A DNA stretch of 62,683 bases, the filler included, from Collodictyon triciliatum (lineage: Eukaryota): NCBI GenBank assembly GCA_043381765.1. It is 8 parts of 8 records of this genome, joined end to end, with 100 filler letters (N's around TTAATTAATTAA, not from the genome) between each part and the next. Parts side by side here need not be neighbours in the genome. Positions count along the whole stretch, not along the records: positions 54,945 to 62,683 come from JBHJMP010003769.1; 7 more parts are not named here. One strand, given 5' to 3'. The position numbers and the translations under genes are program-made. Under the pieces are notes generated by a model. It had not been told where the DNA came from, made no database searches, and saw nothing but the letters and a program-made list of their open reading frames with translations. Positions 60,458-62,683 of the stretch are shown here, piece by piece (the first letter of the stretch is position 1; every line of letters begins with the position of its first letter).

Positions 60458-61797
60458 AAAAAAAAAAAAAAAAAAAAAGAAAGAAAGAAAGAAGAAAAAC
60501 AGAGTGTACACTTCATGTGGGTGATTGTATTACGTTCCCGTCAGGGGCCTGGTTAGCGCTTCCAGGAGTTGCTGGATTATGCTTCCTCATAGCTAGAAGA
60601 AATAGCCCTAGAATAAAAGAAAAAGCGCGGATAAGTAAATGTTAAAACCTTGTCACTCTTGTTTTTGTTTATTCTAGTGCATCTTAGTTGCTTAATTAAC
60701 CTCCTCTAATATTCTTTTGGGGTATGTACCAGCCGTCTGATACGCCTGCTAAAAGCAAAAACATATAATTGCATATCGGTATATGTATGTTATAATTTGA
60801 GAGAATGAGTGGACTCTGCTGTATAGATTTGGGCGAGCCCATGGGCCTACTCTGTTTGAGCATCGCGTGGAGGTTCGAAGAAAACAGGAAAACAAGAAAA
60901 CAGAAGGGGTTTGTTCAAGTATGTTTCTCACATGATCCCTTGAAATCATGGCCACCACGAGGATCGATGGATTTTCCTCTCGCATGGATAGTCTTACTCG
61001 GCAGAGTGTGTGGAAGTGTGATATTCGAGTGAACGCATCAGAGTGGATTTATACGCTTGTATGCCTTTGGCTGGGAGTCTGGCGATGAGCCATTCAAACG
61101 CAGCGAGAATCTATTGCGCCATTAATGAGTCGGAGTTTATACAAAAATATATAAGACGAAGCGGACGGGTGATAACGAGTTGGAGTTTATACAAAAATAC
61201 ATAATGTGAAGCAGATTGTATCTTACTGAGCCAGCCAATGGATGAAAGAAGACGCACGCCTGGAGCCTTCCATGAGCAATCTTCAGGACAAGTGCGACTG
61301 CAACATAACGCGGCCTGTAAGAATCCTTCTGAAGGAGGAACACATTATCAAAAACAAAATAAAAGCAAAAGACAAGCTTTCACACACAGACAACCCGTCC
61401 TCATGAAACCAACCACTCACGAATTGTTCAGGTCGGCCTCATCTCTTTCATCCTTGTTTTTTTTTTTCTTCTTATTTTAAAAAAGGTGAAAGCAAAGAAA
61501 ATGCTGCAACGCTAGCTCTTTCATATACACACACGAGCTGTTAAGCCCGCCAGGGTTTTGGTGCGATAAATAAAAACTTGGCAACCAGTCTCGATTTATT
61601 TGGGTTGAAAGAGAGTCTTCCTGTCTCGAAGAGATGGTTGGATGGACAACTAAAGCAATAGTCACTGAAAAGAAAAACAAGGGTGGCTGTGAGAGAAAAG
61701 AATAGAAAAAAGAGAGAAAAAGAAAGCACGCAGACCCGAATCAAAAGCAAACTAAAACCCAGCACGGAATGCGCAAAGAGTCTGCTCCTATAAAAAA

Positions 61798-61854
<57 letters not shown>

Positions 61855-62623
61855 CAACCAACGCCCTTCGCTGCTACTTTTGGCCGAGACCATCTTGGGC
61901 AAGCAACAGAACCTGATCCGCACGCCTGCTTTCGCTTATTCTGTAACAACTCGTACGACTTGCGAGATCAAAGAAAAGTTTACCGAAGTTTGCGTGATGT
62001 GAATAGAAGGGAGCAGACTGAACAACATAGAACAGTACTCTGCGAGAAGCGCATGAGGAAAACGACAACATCTGTAGGGTCGGTGCTAGTGTGATGCAAA
62101 GGTTTGTGTGCCGCGCTGGTAAACCGGAAAGAATCTGTCTTTCCTTACCTTTCCTCTTTTCTTTTCCTTTCCTTTCCTCTTTTCTTTTTCTGCACACAAT
62201 TAATTTAGTCTTTCTCTCGAGAAAGTATGGCAATTCCGCCGGTACGCGAAGCAGACATTATTATTTTTGATTTCCTCGTGAATCGAGTCACCTGATTACA
62301 ATCTGAAAAAGCCTGATACGTAAACAGAGTATAAAGTAAACCAGAGAACAAAAAAGAAAAAAACTACAACCAACGAAGGAAAAGGGATGTTATGAAAAAG
62401 ACTCGTAGATGGTTCAATTTTTCCCCGTATGTGATTATTTGCGGCACAGTTGACATGAAGAAAAAAAACCTACAGGGAATAAGTTCGCGATTCTACATTT
62501 GTACGCGTCTGTTCAAATATAGTCAGTATCAAGTCCCTCAGTATTATTTACTTGCTGCGAAATATAATAATCAACGAGTGAGGATTCAAGAGGGATAATG
62601 AACCTTTATCCGCACCGAGATTC

Positions 62624-62683
<60 letters not shown>

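Noticed and set aside
61126-61204. Imperfect ~28-bp direct repeat GAGTyGGAGTTTATACAAAAATAyATAA, two copies
   Set aside because: Only two units in eukaryotic context; a local duplication, not CRISPR.
60950-62260. Exon-like segments on the minus strand (e.g. ILAAFEWLIARL)
   Set aside because: No consistent gene model or family could be assigned; may be a small gene or upstream PARP exons.

Overview
Eukaryotic, AT-rich, intron-dense protist DNA read with the standard code. The window is not one locus. It is eight separate scaffolds of about 7.74-7.77 kb (1-7768, 7869-15625, 15726-23476, 23577-31326, 31427-39166, 39267-47006, 47107-54844, 54945-62683), joined by an artificial N44-TTAATTAATTAA-N44 spacer, so adjacency across spacers means nothing. 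Genes assembled by eye from exons: diacylglycerol kinase, SERAC1-like hydrolase, TM9SF protein, the 3' end of an axonemal dynein intermediate chain (suggests a flagellate), V-ATPase subunit E, a peroxisomal (-SKL) carnitine acyltransferase, the 3' part of REV3, a calcineurin-A-like phosphatase, RCE1, GTP cyclohydrolase II, and a large macro/WWE/PARP protein. Scaffolds 5 and 7 are gene-poor and carry decayed repeats: a non-LTR retrotransposon family and a second, possibly related family. Most notable: (1) a GTP cyclohydrolase II made of two tandem RibA domains, the first keeping the Zn cysteines but losing catalytic motifs; (2) a PARP14-like protein with a degenerate macrodomain and altered domain order, on a single ~4.2 kb exon; (3) a calcineurin-like phosphatase with an N-terminal membrane anchor and no regulatory tail; (4) a 55-bp LINE insertion with an exact target-site duplication; (5) a probable GC-AG intron. 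Exon boundaries and family assignments come from manual reading and remembered motifs; no searches were run.
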